DNA of 61,613 nt, filler included, from Hausera hauseri (Eukaryota), in NCBI GenBank assembly GCA_046269625.1. It is 12 parts of 12 records of this genome, joined end to end, with 100 filler letters (N's around TTAATTAATTAA, not from the genome) between each part and the next. Parts side by side here need not be neighbours in the genome. Positions count along the whole stretch, not along the records: positions 48,068 to 53,043 come from JBJURY010373481.1; positions 53,144 to 57,125 come from JBJURY010841302.1; positions 57,226 to 61,613 come from JBJURY010513016.1; 9 more parts are not named here. The stretch is one strand, 5' to 3'. The position numbers and the translations under genes were made by a program. The notes beneath the pieces were generated by a model. That model saw only the letters and a program-made list of their open reading frames with translations, searched no databases and was not told the DNA's origin. How positions within the stretch are numbered: position 1 is the first letter of the stretch; every line of letters begins with the position of its first letter. This document shows, piece after piece, positions 49,753-61,613 of the stretch.

Positions 49753-50972
49753 TTACAATTTTTGGAAATCATTTTGGAAAATCATTGCCGTTAATATGAT
49801 AAGAAAGAAAATTGACAAACTAAATATAGCTATTATCGGTAAATTATTTGGTTCAACAGAACTTTTCGTAGTAAACACTTTTTGAGTATTGAGATCTTTA
49901 TAATAAATTATTTCGATCTTATTGTCTAGAGTCCGCACGGTATAAGTTTTAGGATTCTTATCCTTTGCGGTGATTCTGACTATATAGTCATATTGCGGCC
50001 GTACTCAGCTTCCTGACTATTCTTTCTCAGGATCATAACTTGGTTGGTAATCAGGGTGCGACATTCAATTTTGACATCTCGATTTAACGTCTCTTCAGCG
50101 TAAAATAGAATTCTATCGCTTTTTGCCAAATTCTTAACTGGTATACTTTCTGGAATTTTGTCCGAAGTGACAATCGTAGTAGTGAAAGTTGTACTCTGAG
50201 CAGTGGACGGTTTTCTCGTAGTGATTGAAAATGGAAGTTCCCATATTCCGTTTTCCGGATGATATGCCCTTAAGTAAGTGCTTTGTTCTCCGGGGTACGT
50301 ATTGTACAAATCGAGTTGCAACTGACACTCTTGTCCTAGTTTTATTACGCAGCATATAGTAGGGCGGCGTCTGGCCAGATAACAATACTCCGGGTTAGGA
50401 ATAGAAGCATTCAGTTGTATAAATCGGGCAGAAATTTGTCTGTCTCCAGGCAGCTCTATTTTAGTCTCAATTCGTATACATTTATTCGTTAAGTCCTTGT
50501 AAATCCCTATAATGTTATAGTCTAAGAGTCTTTTAAACGGATCAGTGCTTCGGATTATTTTGTTCGTCTTGGCTTGGTTTGCGTCCTTTTATTGGGGCAT
50601 TCTTATTACGAGTTCTGTAATTATATAAGCTTGGGCTCCAAACTGATTAGAATAAAACATTTGAAATTTGTATCCGTAGAATTGTCCAAAATCCAAATCA
50701 CAGCATCTTTTGTGATGTCCGTACGGAAAATCACATGTTCTCATCGTGAATCTGGTTACAAATATTATTTAAAATTTTACGTGGCTCTTAACAGGTTTGC
50801 TTGCTTCAAACCATACACATGGTTGGCTCCAGTCCATATCGTGTACTCTAACTGACTGCATGTTCTGGATATCCCTATGTTTTATCGCGTATCGTAGTTT
50901 TTCGGCTCTAGTTATTGATTTCACCTTAGGTACATAAGAAGCGATTAGAGATAGGGCCAGAATTATTTACAT
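49753..50972 (-). pseudogene. Type I membrane protein ORF directly after pol (signal peptide, Cys-motif repeat, Thr-rich stalk, C-terminal TM), disrupted
   Basis: ATG at 50972 is in frame with ORF 49980-50321; IILALSLIASY signal; TM IIAIFSLSIFFLIILTAMIF; 4 stops and 1 frameshift. Confidence 0.6.
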
Positions 50973-53043
50973 ATATGATATCGGTTGGTTACGATTGACG
51001 ATGTTTTTGTTACTTTATTTGTTTTGCTCGAACGCAAATTATATCGTTTGTCCGGTCTTATTTCCGTTTGAACTACTCTCTGAACTGATATGACCTTTTC
51101 TTTACCGTTTTTATTTATATAAATTGCAGTTGGCGTATTCTTGGTTACTTCATAAGGTCCTCTGCCTGTCCTAGTAAGTTTCAGAGATGTGCCTTTCTTT
51201 GCTACTGGATAGTGTACATAAACCTAGTTTCCTGGTTCTAAATTGTGGAGTTTATCTTTCTTATCGTATTGCTTCTTGAATTGTTCCTGGTATTCTTTAG
51301 ATAATTCCTTGGCTATTTCCCAACCCTTGTGTAGTCTTGATTGTAGTACCTCGACAAAACTTTGCTCTAAATCTTCCGCTTTTGTTGTGTAGGGAATTAA
51401 TCCTAAATCTATAGGTAGTACAACTTCTCTGCCATACATCATAAAAATGGAGTGAATCCTGTCGCAGGATGTGGAGTAGTATTAATGGCAAATTGTGTAC
51501 CTTCCAAGAACTCAGCCCAATCTTTCTGGTCTTTTGAGACTATTGTCGATAAGATTCGTATAACTGTTGCGTTCATTCGCTCAACAATTCCATTACATTG
51601 GGGATGATAAACCGCAGTAGTTAGTCGTTCAGTCTCAAAAAATTTGGTAATTTTATCGAACAATTCGCTCGTAAAGTTTCTTCCTCGGTCTTTCAAGATT
51701 TGTTCGGGTGGCCCGTATTTGCAAATGATTTTCCGAAATACTGCTTCTGTTAAAGTCTCGGCCTTTTGGTCTAATAACGCTATAAGCTCCACGAAATGAG
51801 TCAATCGGTCTACACAGGACAAAATGTATTTTTTATTATTGTGGGTCGTATACAATGGTCCTACAATATCCATTGACATTGCTTGCATTGATCTATCGGG
51901 CACGTCGATAGGCTTAAGCTCGGCGATGTAGCTTTTCACTTTTCTTTGTTTGGTTGCACTTAATTCACAAGGGTTCACCCAATTTCTTACGTCGATGTAG
52001 ATGCTCGGCCTATAATATTTATTTAATATTCTTTCCAATGTCTTTTTACATGACATGTGTCCCGCTAAATACGAATCATGCTCGGTCATTAGTACTTCTG
52101 TACGCAATCCTTTTAGTATGACTACCAATTTTTGTCCTTTGCGTTCGTAGTATAACATATTATCGTTGTTCAAGTCTCCAGCGACGCAATATTTATGACC
52201 ATATCGTCGTAGGTGTTTCCGTAACTGATGACCCTTTGGTGTTACGTTGGCATCAACGAACTCGATAATCTGCTGTATAACCTTGTCCTTTTTCTGTTCG
52301 ACAGCAATCCCCAATGCCTTATCTAGTGTAAGGGTCCGTTGTCTTTCTACAAAATTTTCAGGGTGTGCTTTCCTTATTACTGTAACTGCGCTTGTTTTGA
52401 TTTTAAGTCTCGATAATGCGTCGGTGTCGATATGTTTATTTCCGGGATTGTATTGGAATTCAGTATTGTAACGTGAAATTTCCTCAATCCATCTGCTCAG
52501 TTTACAATTTGGATTATTCACTCTACCCTTTAAAGTCTTAACTGCATTATGATCAGTAACGATTACATTCTTTTGCCCATAGACATACATGTTAAAGTGT
52601 CGCAGTGCTTCTGCCACTGCCAACGTTTCCAACTCTGTTACGGAATAGTTCTTCTCAGCTTTCTTTAAGGAACGTCCTCCGTATACAATTGGGTGTTCCA
52701 TTTCCTCGTCTTCTCGTTTTTGGGCCAGTTCATATCCGATGCCTTCCTTAGTGGCATCCGTTTTGATTATGAACGGTAGGTTGAAGTCAGGATATTTTAA
52801 AACAGGTTCACTAGTCAGAATTTTCTTCATTTTATCAAAAGCTTTTTGTTCAACATCGTTTCATTTCCATTTGATTCCCTTCTTCAATAAGCGATATAAA
52901 GGTGCGTTTATCTTCTCATTGTCTGGCAAATAGGTGGCATAATACCCACACAATCCTAACCAGTGCCTTAATTCCTTCTGATTTTGAGGTTCCATACAAT
53001 CCGATATCTTACTTAATAATGATTTATCCGGCTTCCATCCACC
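50963..53043 (-). mobile_element. Gypsy pol: RT end, RNase H, integrase with GPY/F
   Basis: IKTDAT, NYSVTELETLA, TDHNA, HDSYLAGH, MDIVGPL, DRGRNFTS, YHPQCNGIVER and GPYEV. Confidence 0.95.
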
Positions 53044-53143
53044 NNNNNNNNNNNNNNNNNNNNNNNNNNNNNNNNNNNNNNNNNNNNTTAATTAATTAAN
53101 NNNNNNNNNNNNNNNNNNNNNNNNNNNNNNNNNNNNNNNNNNN

Positions 53144-53450
53144 ATTTAGATTTCACACCAATTGCACGTGCAAGACGACTAAATACACCAATGTATGTTA
53201 GCACGTACCGATACCCATCGTTTTTGCTGGCGTACCGAATCATTTCCATCAGATTCATTTGCCATACGTTATTTACACCGGTGGAACGCTATGCACGAGT
53301 GGGAAACCGCCTTCCTGTCGGTTTGGTTAGGCTCTATGCTAACTGTTTCCCGAGCCAACGTTGGATCTATTGCCGAGTCTGTTTGACAGTTTTGCCAGTT
53401 TGCTGACGCCAGTATACCCCACGAGATGATGCGGGTCGAACCACACGTCG
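53144..53450 (-). pseudogene. Polinton retroviral-like integrase N-terminal part
   Basis: YTGVSKL...RWLGKQLA*SLTKP.GRRFP...VWQMNLMEM..YASKNDGYRYVLTYIGVFSR matches the Polinton INT pattern. Confidence 0.8.
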
Positions 53451-53605
53451 CCCATCGGTGTTGTCGTCGTCGATGGTGCCGGTTTTGCTTGCAGTACAAC
53501 AATTTGAACGAAACGTAAATAAAAGATTCAGTAAACTGGGGCAAAATTATGAAAACCATGCACGCATATGGCCTAGTCACAATATACTTACCGTCATTCT
53601 TTATA

Positions 53606-54050
53606 CTATGCTGCAGAACCAATGAGTCCACCCAGCAATAACGTGACAATTGGCAGAACTGCACCAAGGAATCCACCATCTTGCTGCTACATGACCCCTC
53701 GTTTCAGTCGTTTACTACGGGCGTCGGCAAGGCCAATGAGTCGTTTTCGATACTTTAATAAATTCCGTTTTCCACTACCAATGTCAACGTGACCCACAAT
53801 GATATTGTACAAAATTTTCATCAAATCGTCTACTACAAATTGGGGACATGATCACATCATGTTTCGCTTATGTCTCGTTGGTGCCTTGCCACTGTGATGG
53901 TAATTTGCGTCTAGTTGCTACTTTTGTTGTTCGAAGCACAGAATTGATTAATCGCTTGACTGTTGCGGCGGTTCGTTTTGATACAAGATTCTTGCCAGGC
54001 ACCCGCTTGGTATGTTTATTTTTAAAAACTGTTTTTCAGGAATTCTTCAT
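53606..54050 (-). pseudogene. Polinton basic protein with C-terminal GGFL amphipathic tail
   Basis: LYNIIVGHV...LLKYRKRLIGLA...QQDGGFLGAVLPIVTLLLGGLIG. Confidence 0.6.
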
Positions 54051-54057
54051 TTTATCA

Positions 54058-54713
54058 CTATCGTGTCATAGATTTTTGAATTTGTTTATATACACATGCA
54101 CCTTTCTGATTGAAAATGTTTGTTCGTGTACGCATGTCATTGTAACACTGTTGCGTAAAGTCGATGAACAAGTATCTGTGTGGCTCGGTCGTAGCATCAT
54201 GATACCCATCTATCAATTACGCCCGGTTCTCAGGAAATGCTTGTAGTGCAACATAATCAATGATAGTCTGATCACCGGGATTTTTGAACAACACCAAATA
54301 GTGTACGTATAGATTTCATGTTCGATTCTGTCCGCCCTGATGGAACATGTTTTGCGTAATTAAAATAACCGTTACGCCACGGTGTCGTGCAATATTCGTG
54401 AACAGGTTGTTGAAGTCCGATTGTTTTTTTGCCACTTGAAATAAATCGTCAATGGCAATAACGTCACCGTTGCGTAATCTCTCTGGCCAGTTTTCATCAA
54501 ACCCATAAATTACCGTTATTGATTTCAGTTTACAAAATCCTCAATGTGCCAAACCGGACTCACCATCATCACCAACACCCTGATGCCAGTATATGTGATT
54601 GTACCGCGGTGAATGGAACATGTCACGGTAGTTCTGCAATAGTTTACATAGTATGTTTTGCCACTTCCACTGGGGCCTACAAACTGGAAAATTTCATCAT
54701 TCTGCAGCTTCAT
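54058..54713 (-). pseudogene. Polinton packaging ATPase (A32/FtsK-like)
   Basis: GPSGSGKT, VIAIDDL, LFTNIARHRGVTVILITQN, YLVLFKNP, DATTEPHRYLFIDF and RTNIF. Confidence 0.9.
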
Positions 54714-54810
54714 ATAAATAATAATAATGATGCAATCTTTCCTCACCACATGATTTGTTTATAATCGTGTTACACGCATATAAAAAGGTGTAGTATAAAC
54801 ACTTTCCATA

Positions 54811-55201
54811 ATGTTAGCTTATATGAACTATCGCGGACATGTTACCGAGTGTGACATTAACACACTACCTTTTAATCCATGGAAGCCGAGGCAGTATGTC
54901 TTCAAGTGTCCACCAGATTTTACATATATGATATTTCAATTGGGAACGTGTCGTATTATGGGTTGTTGGAAACCAATCACAGCTGATAAACTACTATTGT
55001 TCGGAATTGTCATTGACCAAATTCAAAAAATAACGGTAACGACTCAGTTAGACTACCAAACAATCAATCTGTACAAATTAGCAATGGCCGCTGAATGTAC
55101 ATATGAACCCGAACTGTTTCCTGCACTGAGACTGACATCGTTTCGCACACCGTATTAATGTGTTTAGCAGTGGAAAAATTGTTGTGCTGGGTGGACTATA
55201 A
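54811..55201 (+). pseudogene. TATA-binding-protein-like gene (two TBP repeats, frameshifted)
   Basis: MIFQLGTCRIMG (repeat 1), INLYKL...YEPELFPALR...INVFSSGKIVVLG (repeat 2). Confidence 0.8.
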
Positions 55202-55592
55202 ACCGATTATTAATCAAATTAAAATCCACATTTCACAACAAACTATAAATACCTTTCCCATGCTCATTCAAGCAGTACTTCCATCGAAGACGACGATAAA
55301 GCGATTCTATTCAATGATACCGATGATGAAACTTCAGATTGGTCGTGGTTGTTTGGCTACGAAAAGGACAATTCTAATGTCAAAATGCTGAAACGAAAAC
55401 AGAATCTGTCCAACAATTATAAAAATCTAATGACGATTGTCTGGAAACGAAAAAGGAACTTGCTCAGAAATCATCAGTAACAAAACCGACGTTAAAAAGG
55501 CAAAATTCAATGATTGGAATAAGTAAACGAAAATCAAAACATCGTGTCAAACACAGACATTTTTACCGAAACGTATTTTTCGAAAGTATTAA

Positions 55593-55943
55593 ATGCATTT
55601 TCTGCAAACGCGTGTACTGATTTCATTGAATGATCCCGTGTATCTATGCGTACCCAAGTACAGCTATCGTGTAAAACGGCTTTCGGGTGAAAATTTGGAT
55701 AAACTTTCTGATGCTCTACATAAATTAAACGTTGATTTAAAGTTGAACGGAACGATCGTGCAACAGCAGTCTGTCGTTTTACCGGCTCAGAAAACGAAAT
55801 TATTTGATTTTATCAGTTGTGAAATGTCTCGTGCCCGACATGATGGCTTAAAGTGTCGAATGTATATTGAGTTACAAGGATACAAGGAAAAAGCTGGTAT
55901 CAAAAGCCCGATTTGGCGTGTAGCTGAAGCACAATTTGATTAG
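55593..55943 (+). CDS. Hypothetical Polinton accessory protein
   Basis: Intact 116-aa ORF followed by AATAAA and a T-rich tract, like its neighbours. Confidence 0.5.
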   Translation: MHFLQTRVLISLNDPVYLCVPKYSYRVKRLSGENLDKLSDALHKLNVDLKLNGTIVQQQSVVLPAQKTKLFDFISCEMSRARHDGLKCRMYIELQGYKEKAGIKSPIWRVAEAQFD

Positions 55944-56008
55944 CAATAAATTTTATTGTTTTGTTTTACCGTTTTTCTTTTTTCATTAACCCAATTAATA
56001 AGTGATTA

Positions 56009-56450
56009 ATGAATGATGTAAAGATTATCTTAACAGACGAAAATGCTTTTGTACCGAGACGTGTTACAGCAAACAGTGATGTGCTTTCCTATGTCAATAC
56101 GACAATTCCTGACAGCACAATCAAATGCATAACGACTGGAGTTCGATTGGCGATTTTGCCCGGTTACTACGGCCAACTTTTATGGAAAAGCAGATTGGCA
56201 AAACTCAGACTGACGGTTGTGGGGAGCGGCGGTGTCATTGATTCAGACCTTCGTGGTGAAATTAAGGTGTTGCTGTAAAACCAATCCGGGGAACCGTATG
56301 CTTTTTAGAAAGGCAATGCAATTGCACAAATCGGTTTTCTTCGCTATGAAGATGCGGAATTCAGTGTAATGTCACCGGAACAATGGGGATTGTTTTGCGT
56401 CAATGAATCGGCACGAAATGAACGCAAAGAATTTGGCTTTGGTGATATGG
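56009..56450 (+). pseudogene. dut: Trimeric dUTPase
   Basis: ITTGVRLAILPGYYGQL, GGVIDSDLRGEIKVLL, GNAIAQI and R.E.GFG motifs; internal stops. Confidence 0.88.
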
Positions 56451-56544
56451 ACAAAACCACCTATGTTTAATGATTGGGATATTAATAATAGTCAGTTGTT
56501 TTGCTTGTATTATAAACAAAAAATGATTTTGTACATGATAAGTA

Positions 56545-57031
56545 TTGGCGACAAGATTTATAGATATTGAAGCTTTCCAAGATGATAATACCCGGTACTT
56601 AATAAAGGAATTATGCATTATGGACGTCGGTAACATTTTTGAACCTCTTGTGTACATATTCAAGCCCGTTATTGTGTGGAAAGACCTGACGGAAAAAAGG
56701 AAAATTACAAATGGATTTCTCTTTCGACATCGTCATGGACTTCATTGTTATGAAGGCAATTTAACGTTTTATTCTCCATGTATAATGGGAGAGATTTGTG
56801 ATTGTTTTGACATTGAAAGTACAATAATTTACATTAAAGATCAAATTGACGGACAAAAGTTTACGCAACTTCATTCAGTTTTTCGAGTTGCGAATGACGA
56901 CGTATTCAACAACATCGAACAACTCGCTGGATATGGTACCTGACAATATCCGATATCCGTATCGTGATCACGGACCACATTGTGCTTACAAAAAATTCTG
57001 CGGCTTTGTATTGACTGTTTTGTGCAAATAA
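56545..57031 (+). pseudogene. DEDD-type 3'-5' exonuclease-like protein
   Basis: FIDIEAFQ...LIKEL...IFKP..W...HRHGLH.YEG...HCA pattern seen in Polinton/insect DNA-virus genes. Confidence 0.55.
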
Positions 57032-58013
57032 CTAAATATATGTACGTATTTCCTTTTTTCTGTAAATAATTTTCATGTCATGTTTAGCAGTTTTGATCAG
57101 TTGAATAATTCAAAAACCATAAATANNNNNNNNNNNNNNNNNNNNNNNNNNNNNNNNNNNNNNNNNNNNTTAATTAATTAANNNNNNNNNNNNNNNNNNN
57201 NNNNNNNNNNNNNNNNNNNNNNNNNTCATTTCATGTTGCGATTGCTTAAGTAATTCAAGTAAACAATTAATCTTTCATAAATAATTCGGAGCAGAGCCGG
57301 CGTACTGTAGGACCGTGGTTCAAGTAAATTAAATAAACAATAACTACACATTACCCATAGGATAGATAAGAAAGGTTTTCGCAAGATAATATCTCTGTTC
57401 ATAGATTGTTATTCGTCTCATTTATTCAACTTTTAATTGATTCTGTCACGTAACATTAAATAAGCCTCTCCCACATAAATTGACGGCGACTGAACAAGTA
57501 TGTAGTTAATGTTTTCTGTTTTCATAAAATTATTTAGTTAAAACTTAATTTTTCTCAATATTTGAGTGACACCGAAAAAATTCAAATAGATCTTTGAATG
57601 AATCCTGAAAGTGAAAACACCTCAGTCAGAGAAACTGCTAAGAAACTATACAGATGCAACAAGGAAATCCGAAATTATTTAAAGAAATGAACGAATTGCG
57701 GATTCAAAAGACCTTAAAAAGGCAATCGAATATTGACGTAACATCAACTTGGTTAAATTCGAGATGAGCTTGCCAAAAATCAACTGCATTCGACACAAAT
57801 TAATCGTAAGTTAGATCTTCCTGTGCCTATTAAACATGTTTCTCGCATGTTATTCAAAGATATTCAAAGAAAATTGAAAAAATCCAAATTATAAGTATAA
57901 ACCTGAAAAATAACAGGGTGGTATATAATTGTGAATGGCAATTTTAATTACTAAAAATACCCAAATAAAAATTTCGAAATTTTTATAAAGTAGGTAGTTA
58001 ACATAAAAATTAC

Positions 58014-60550
58014 CCGTAGCATTAATTTTAACCTTACGAGAACTGTCATTTAACAATCTCACCAAAAGTGGAATGGCTGGCTTTACGGATTGATACAATT
58101 TGTCGTTGTGAAAGAGGGAATTTTCAATAATCAGAGCACAACACTTACGAACAACTTGATCTGAATTTTCTAAATTTATAATAATAAACGACATCAGATT
58201 GAATGAATCGAGAACATCATAGAATGAACTTCTGCTACGTGTCAAAAGTCCAACTAAACTTATAGATCGAGCCAAAACTTCAGGCCTTTGGTCCTTCAGT
58301 ATTTGTATGAGTGGATCGTAGTCATCTTTATCGCCTTTAAGAATTGAACAGACAAGTTCTTCCGATTCAGGTACAAACCGAAGTATTTGACACAAAATTC
58401 CACAAACGCCACATTTAATGTCACAATCAGACTGGTTATCTGCCGATGGGGCAGGTTTAGTTAACATCCAGTCTCGAATTAATTGCCGATATTTTGAGTT
58501 TGACTTTACTGTAGCATAGATCTGATCCAGAAATATTTCGTCACTCATTGATAAATAAAATAGCAAGCCGACAACCATTTCAGCTTGTCCTCGGGCAAGA
58601 TATTTTTCAGAAGACGCCAAAATGTTATAAACAATTTTTAGATCGGAATAACTTTCTAAAAGCGCTTGATGCATTTCACTGGATAGCTAAACTACAAAGG
58701 GAAAACATAACATCTGAATCGAACAAATTAAAATATCTTGAATCAAAGTGTTATTATTTGGTTTGCTGGCTGGGCAATCGTAAATAAACTGAATGAAACG
58801 TTGATCAATCAATGCCCTAATGCAATTAAGACTCAGAGAATTACTCGAAACTAAACTTTCCACAGACGCAAATGGTTCCTTTGTAAAACTACAAATAGCA
58901 ATATTGAGAAATAACAGAATTCCCTGAGGAGAAACTAATGACCATAGTACATGATCCTCATCAGAATTTTCCAAAAACCCATCGATAACACCCAACGTTT
59001 GAGCCAACCTTTGCCAAAAATAATCCAATACTCGGTTTTCGAAAATTAGATGTACCAAAGAAAGATCAGGATCATATGTCGTTATCTGGTAAAGAAAACT
59101 AAATATGCCATCGAGTACTCCATAATTCAGCGGACACATTTGGTATACTTGATCGAGATCCATCAAAAGGTTTTTTGTAGCCTGTACAATTTCATGAGGT
59201 TCGATATGAATCGCAGTATTGTGAGTAATGAGCTGACTACACAATAATGCTGCAGCGGCCGTATGACTCGGCAGCTTTGAATCAAGCAACAACGCTACCA
59301 AGAGACCAATGTTTTCCGAAACTAATTTAGGAACTAATTGTACTTGGATCATTAACAGCGTAATACAGTGGATGACAGTTTCGATTGTAATTGGGAAGTC
59401 AATTTCTACAACAGATATCTTTCCATGTAGGATCTGAAAACATTGGTTTAAGAAATCCTTATTGTCAAAACACTGTCTTGCAAATCGAGAAGATATTTGC
59501 AAACAAACATAAATAATCTGTAGAGATCCCAAACATAAATTGTGATTACCCAGAAAATCCATAAGTAAATCAATAACATTCTCATTATATGATGAATATA
59601 ACGTTTCAGCTAAGTAGAATGCTATCTTTCTGCGAGCCTTAAATCCGGTTGCTTCTGGAAATGAAGTACTAATTAACGAATATATAGCACTGAGTGTGTG
59701 AAGAATAATTTCGTCAAGTTTACTGTTTGTTTGCAAAGACTCCAATTCAGACGTAGATCTCAATTTCTGTACCATCAGTGTCTCATCTTTCCACATTAAT
59801 AGAAATTTCAGCATTGAGTCGAGACTTTGTATGTTGATTGAATATCACAGTAAAAATCATATTTGATATTTCTTCTGGTCTATTTTCCAAACGATCACAG
59901 AGATATTTCAAACACAGAACACTTTGCTCTCTAAGTTTCATGTCAGCGTCACACTTCTGCGAAAATAATTTTGGAATAATGCTCACGAATTTCATTGAAA
60001 TATTCGAATAAAGATCTAATGCATCTCGTGCAGCATCATTCTCATGGGCGACTTCACTAGCAAAATAGGCATTAACACCGATCAGCAGATCCAATAAAAT
60101 TTGCTGATGCCATGGTTGCTTCTTAGCAACTTGTCGATCAATGAGATCAGCTAGTAATTTTATGATGTGTGACGGAATATTTGTCTTTGAATAAAAATGG
60201 AGTATTACGTCTAAATCACATTTTATAGTAATTGCATTCGTAATAACTTTCAACAGTGATCTGATTTTTGTAGCTCCCTCAATGTTACCTTCCAGAATCT
60301 TTTCGCGACAAAATCTAAGTCTTGCGGCTACTTTGGCAATAAAATCTTCTGATAGAAGAATATTGGGATCGCTGTGCTCTTCGGATTCATCAGCTAGTGC
60401 TTGCCATTCATCATCACTATTCTGGTCATCTTCAATATATTCGATCTGCTCAATTTGCGTAAGGGATTTTTTAAGACTTAAATTTTTCATTCCTTTTTCA
60501 TAATCGACACTAATTCGATTTTCCAATTCAGTGGGAGGATCAACTTTATC
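58014..60550 (-). pseudogene. STK36: STK36/Fused C-terminal regulatory (ARM/HEAT) region, no kinase domain, disrupted
   Basis: SDDEWQAL...ILEGNIEGA...QPWHQQILLDL...NAYFA...REQSVLCL, GVLDG, LVSPQG, QMLCFPF and AIPLLVRLLND; frameshift near 59800, stop at 58687. Confidence 0.85.
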
Positions 60551-60568
60551 ATCCCACTTCTGACACCA
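60551..60568 (-). promoter_or_regulatory. Primer-binding site, tRNA-Leu
   Basis: Exact TGGTGTCAGAAGTGGGAT on the minus strand, 3 nt after the LTR end ...CCCACA. Confidence 0.85.
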
Positions 60569-60571
60569 AAT

Positions 60572-61043
60572 TGTGGGTTGAAGTAAATCCATTAAGAATG
60601 ATAAGAAACAAATCCAAGACGAGATAGATACGACGATATAATGTAATCACAATTACAAAAAATTCAAAATCAATAACCAATAAAAATTCAATTTCCATAT
60701 TTACATTCATTTTTATTTACATACACATATACACTGCGAAAAGAAAGTTTGAAAACAAAACAATTACAACACAATTCTGGAAGAAACATCTACAAAGAAG
60801 CAATTCAAATCCATACACACATTCTGTTTGTAATAGCCTTCTCCACTTAAAGAACTGGCGGCTAAATTTTTCTTACAAAAGAAATTCTCCATCAGCAGTC
60901 GAATGAATCTGGTGGCACTGTTTGAAGCTTTGAGCAACATCATTTGATAAAGGTCTTTTCCGATAAAATAATTCCGTAGTATGAGAAATGAGTAAAATCT
61001 TTCCGTCGGAAAAACCAGACGCGCCCACCATCGCGGCACCACA
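60572..61043 (-). mobile_element. Gypsy LTR (472 bp)
   Basis: TGTGG...CCACA termini, preceded by PPT GCCACG9TGA and followed by PBS. Confidence 0.8.
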
Positions 61044-61092
61044 TCACCCCCCCCCGTGGCGGAAAAGAGACTGTGTAGTTGAAGAGGAAAAG

Positions 61093-61613
61093 CTATTCGG
61101 TTTTAGTACGGGCCAGGCGTTGTGTGCCATCAAGGAATTGTTCTCTGCTGTACGTGTTGAATGTCACTCTACGTGCCTTGTTAGGTGAATTTGTACATGG
61201 TTGTTGAGTGATGTTTTGTGATGGAGAAAATAGGGAAGATGAGTTAGGCGGGAATGAAGGTGATGAAGGTAAGACTGATGGAGGAGATGATGATGATTGA
61301 GTGTGATCAAACACTGAGTGCTGCAATGGCGCAAAATCATTTAGAAAATTGGTAGAAATGCCAGTTGAGTTTGAAGTGGAGGAAGAATTGGCATCCGGAA
61401 TGTCATCAATGAAGAAGGCGGGTTTTAAATTAGAAATGTGAATGTTATAAGGTTTGTCATGGCGTAAAATTGTGGCTGTGTGTGATGAGAGATTTAGTAG
61501 TTTATATGGGCCAACATATTGAGGTCTAAAACCAGAGGGAGATTGATCCTTTAACCACACAAACTTCGCAGAGTACAGATCTTTTGGAATATAGGGTTTG
61601 TTGTTGTTATAGA
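61093..61613 (-). mobile_element. Gypsy integrase C-terminus with Ser/Pro-rich tail (family of 25861-28470)
   Basis: VWLKDQ..GFRPQYVGPYKL...IHISNLKPAF...ARRVTF. Confidence 0.88.

Noticed and set aside
49753-50972. Alternative genetic code (TAA/TAG = Gln) explaining the many in-frame stops
   Set aside because: The same regions also have frameshifts and TGA stops, and the 1320-codon ORF uses no TAA/TAG; ordinary decay is sufficient
60551-60568. tRNA-Leu gene
   Set aside because: Only the 18-nt 3' end including CCA, adjacent to an LTR: a primer-binding site with no cloverleaf

Overview
This is an AT-rich eukaryotic (metazoan, ciliated-cell-bearing) draft-assembly window, not a prokaryotic one. 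It is 12 short contigs (about 4-8 kb) joined by 11 identical artificial 100-nt linkers (44 N + TTAATTAATTAA + 44 N), so adjacency across linkers is not evidence of linkage. Content is almost all mobile or dead DNA: (i) many Ty3/Gypsy LTR retrotransposon pieces, including CsRn1-like degenerate copies, a complete 1.37-kb non-autonomous LTR element with TSD/PBS/PPT, and a gag-pol with a huge Asn/Tyr-rich insert; (ii) three Polinton/Maverick remnants: core-MCP-protease, pPolB N-terminus, and INT-ATPase plus TBP-like, dUTPase and exonuclease genes; (iii) DNA transposon, MITE and Penelope remnants, one with a minimal hammerhead motif; (iv) host pseudogene fragments (DNAH12-like dynein, STK36/fused, PPIP5K, SUCLA2, kinase, RING). 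The most striking item is contig 44006-47967. It is one uninterrupted minus-strand ORF that joins a retrotransposon Gag (CCHC knuckle), a ubiquitin-like domain, an AT-hook, a Bcl-2-like domain and, after an internal signal peptide, a chuvirus/gB-type fusion glycoprotein. That suggests an enveloped retroelement carrying an apoptosis-modulating cargo. All assignments are by eye from motif recognition; no searches were run.
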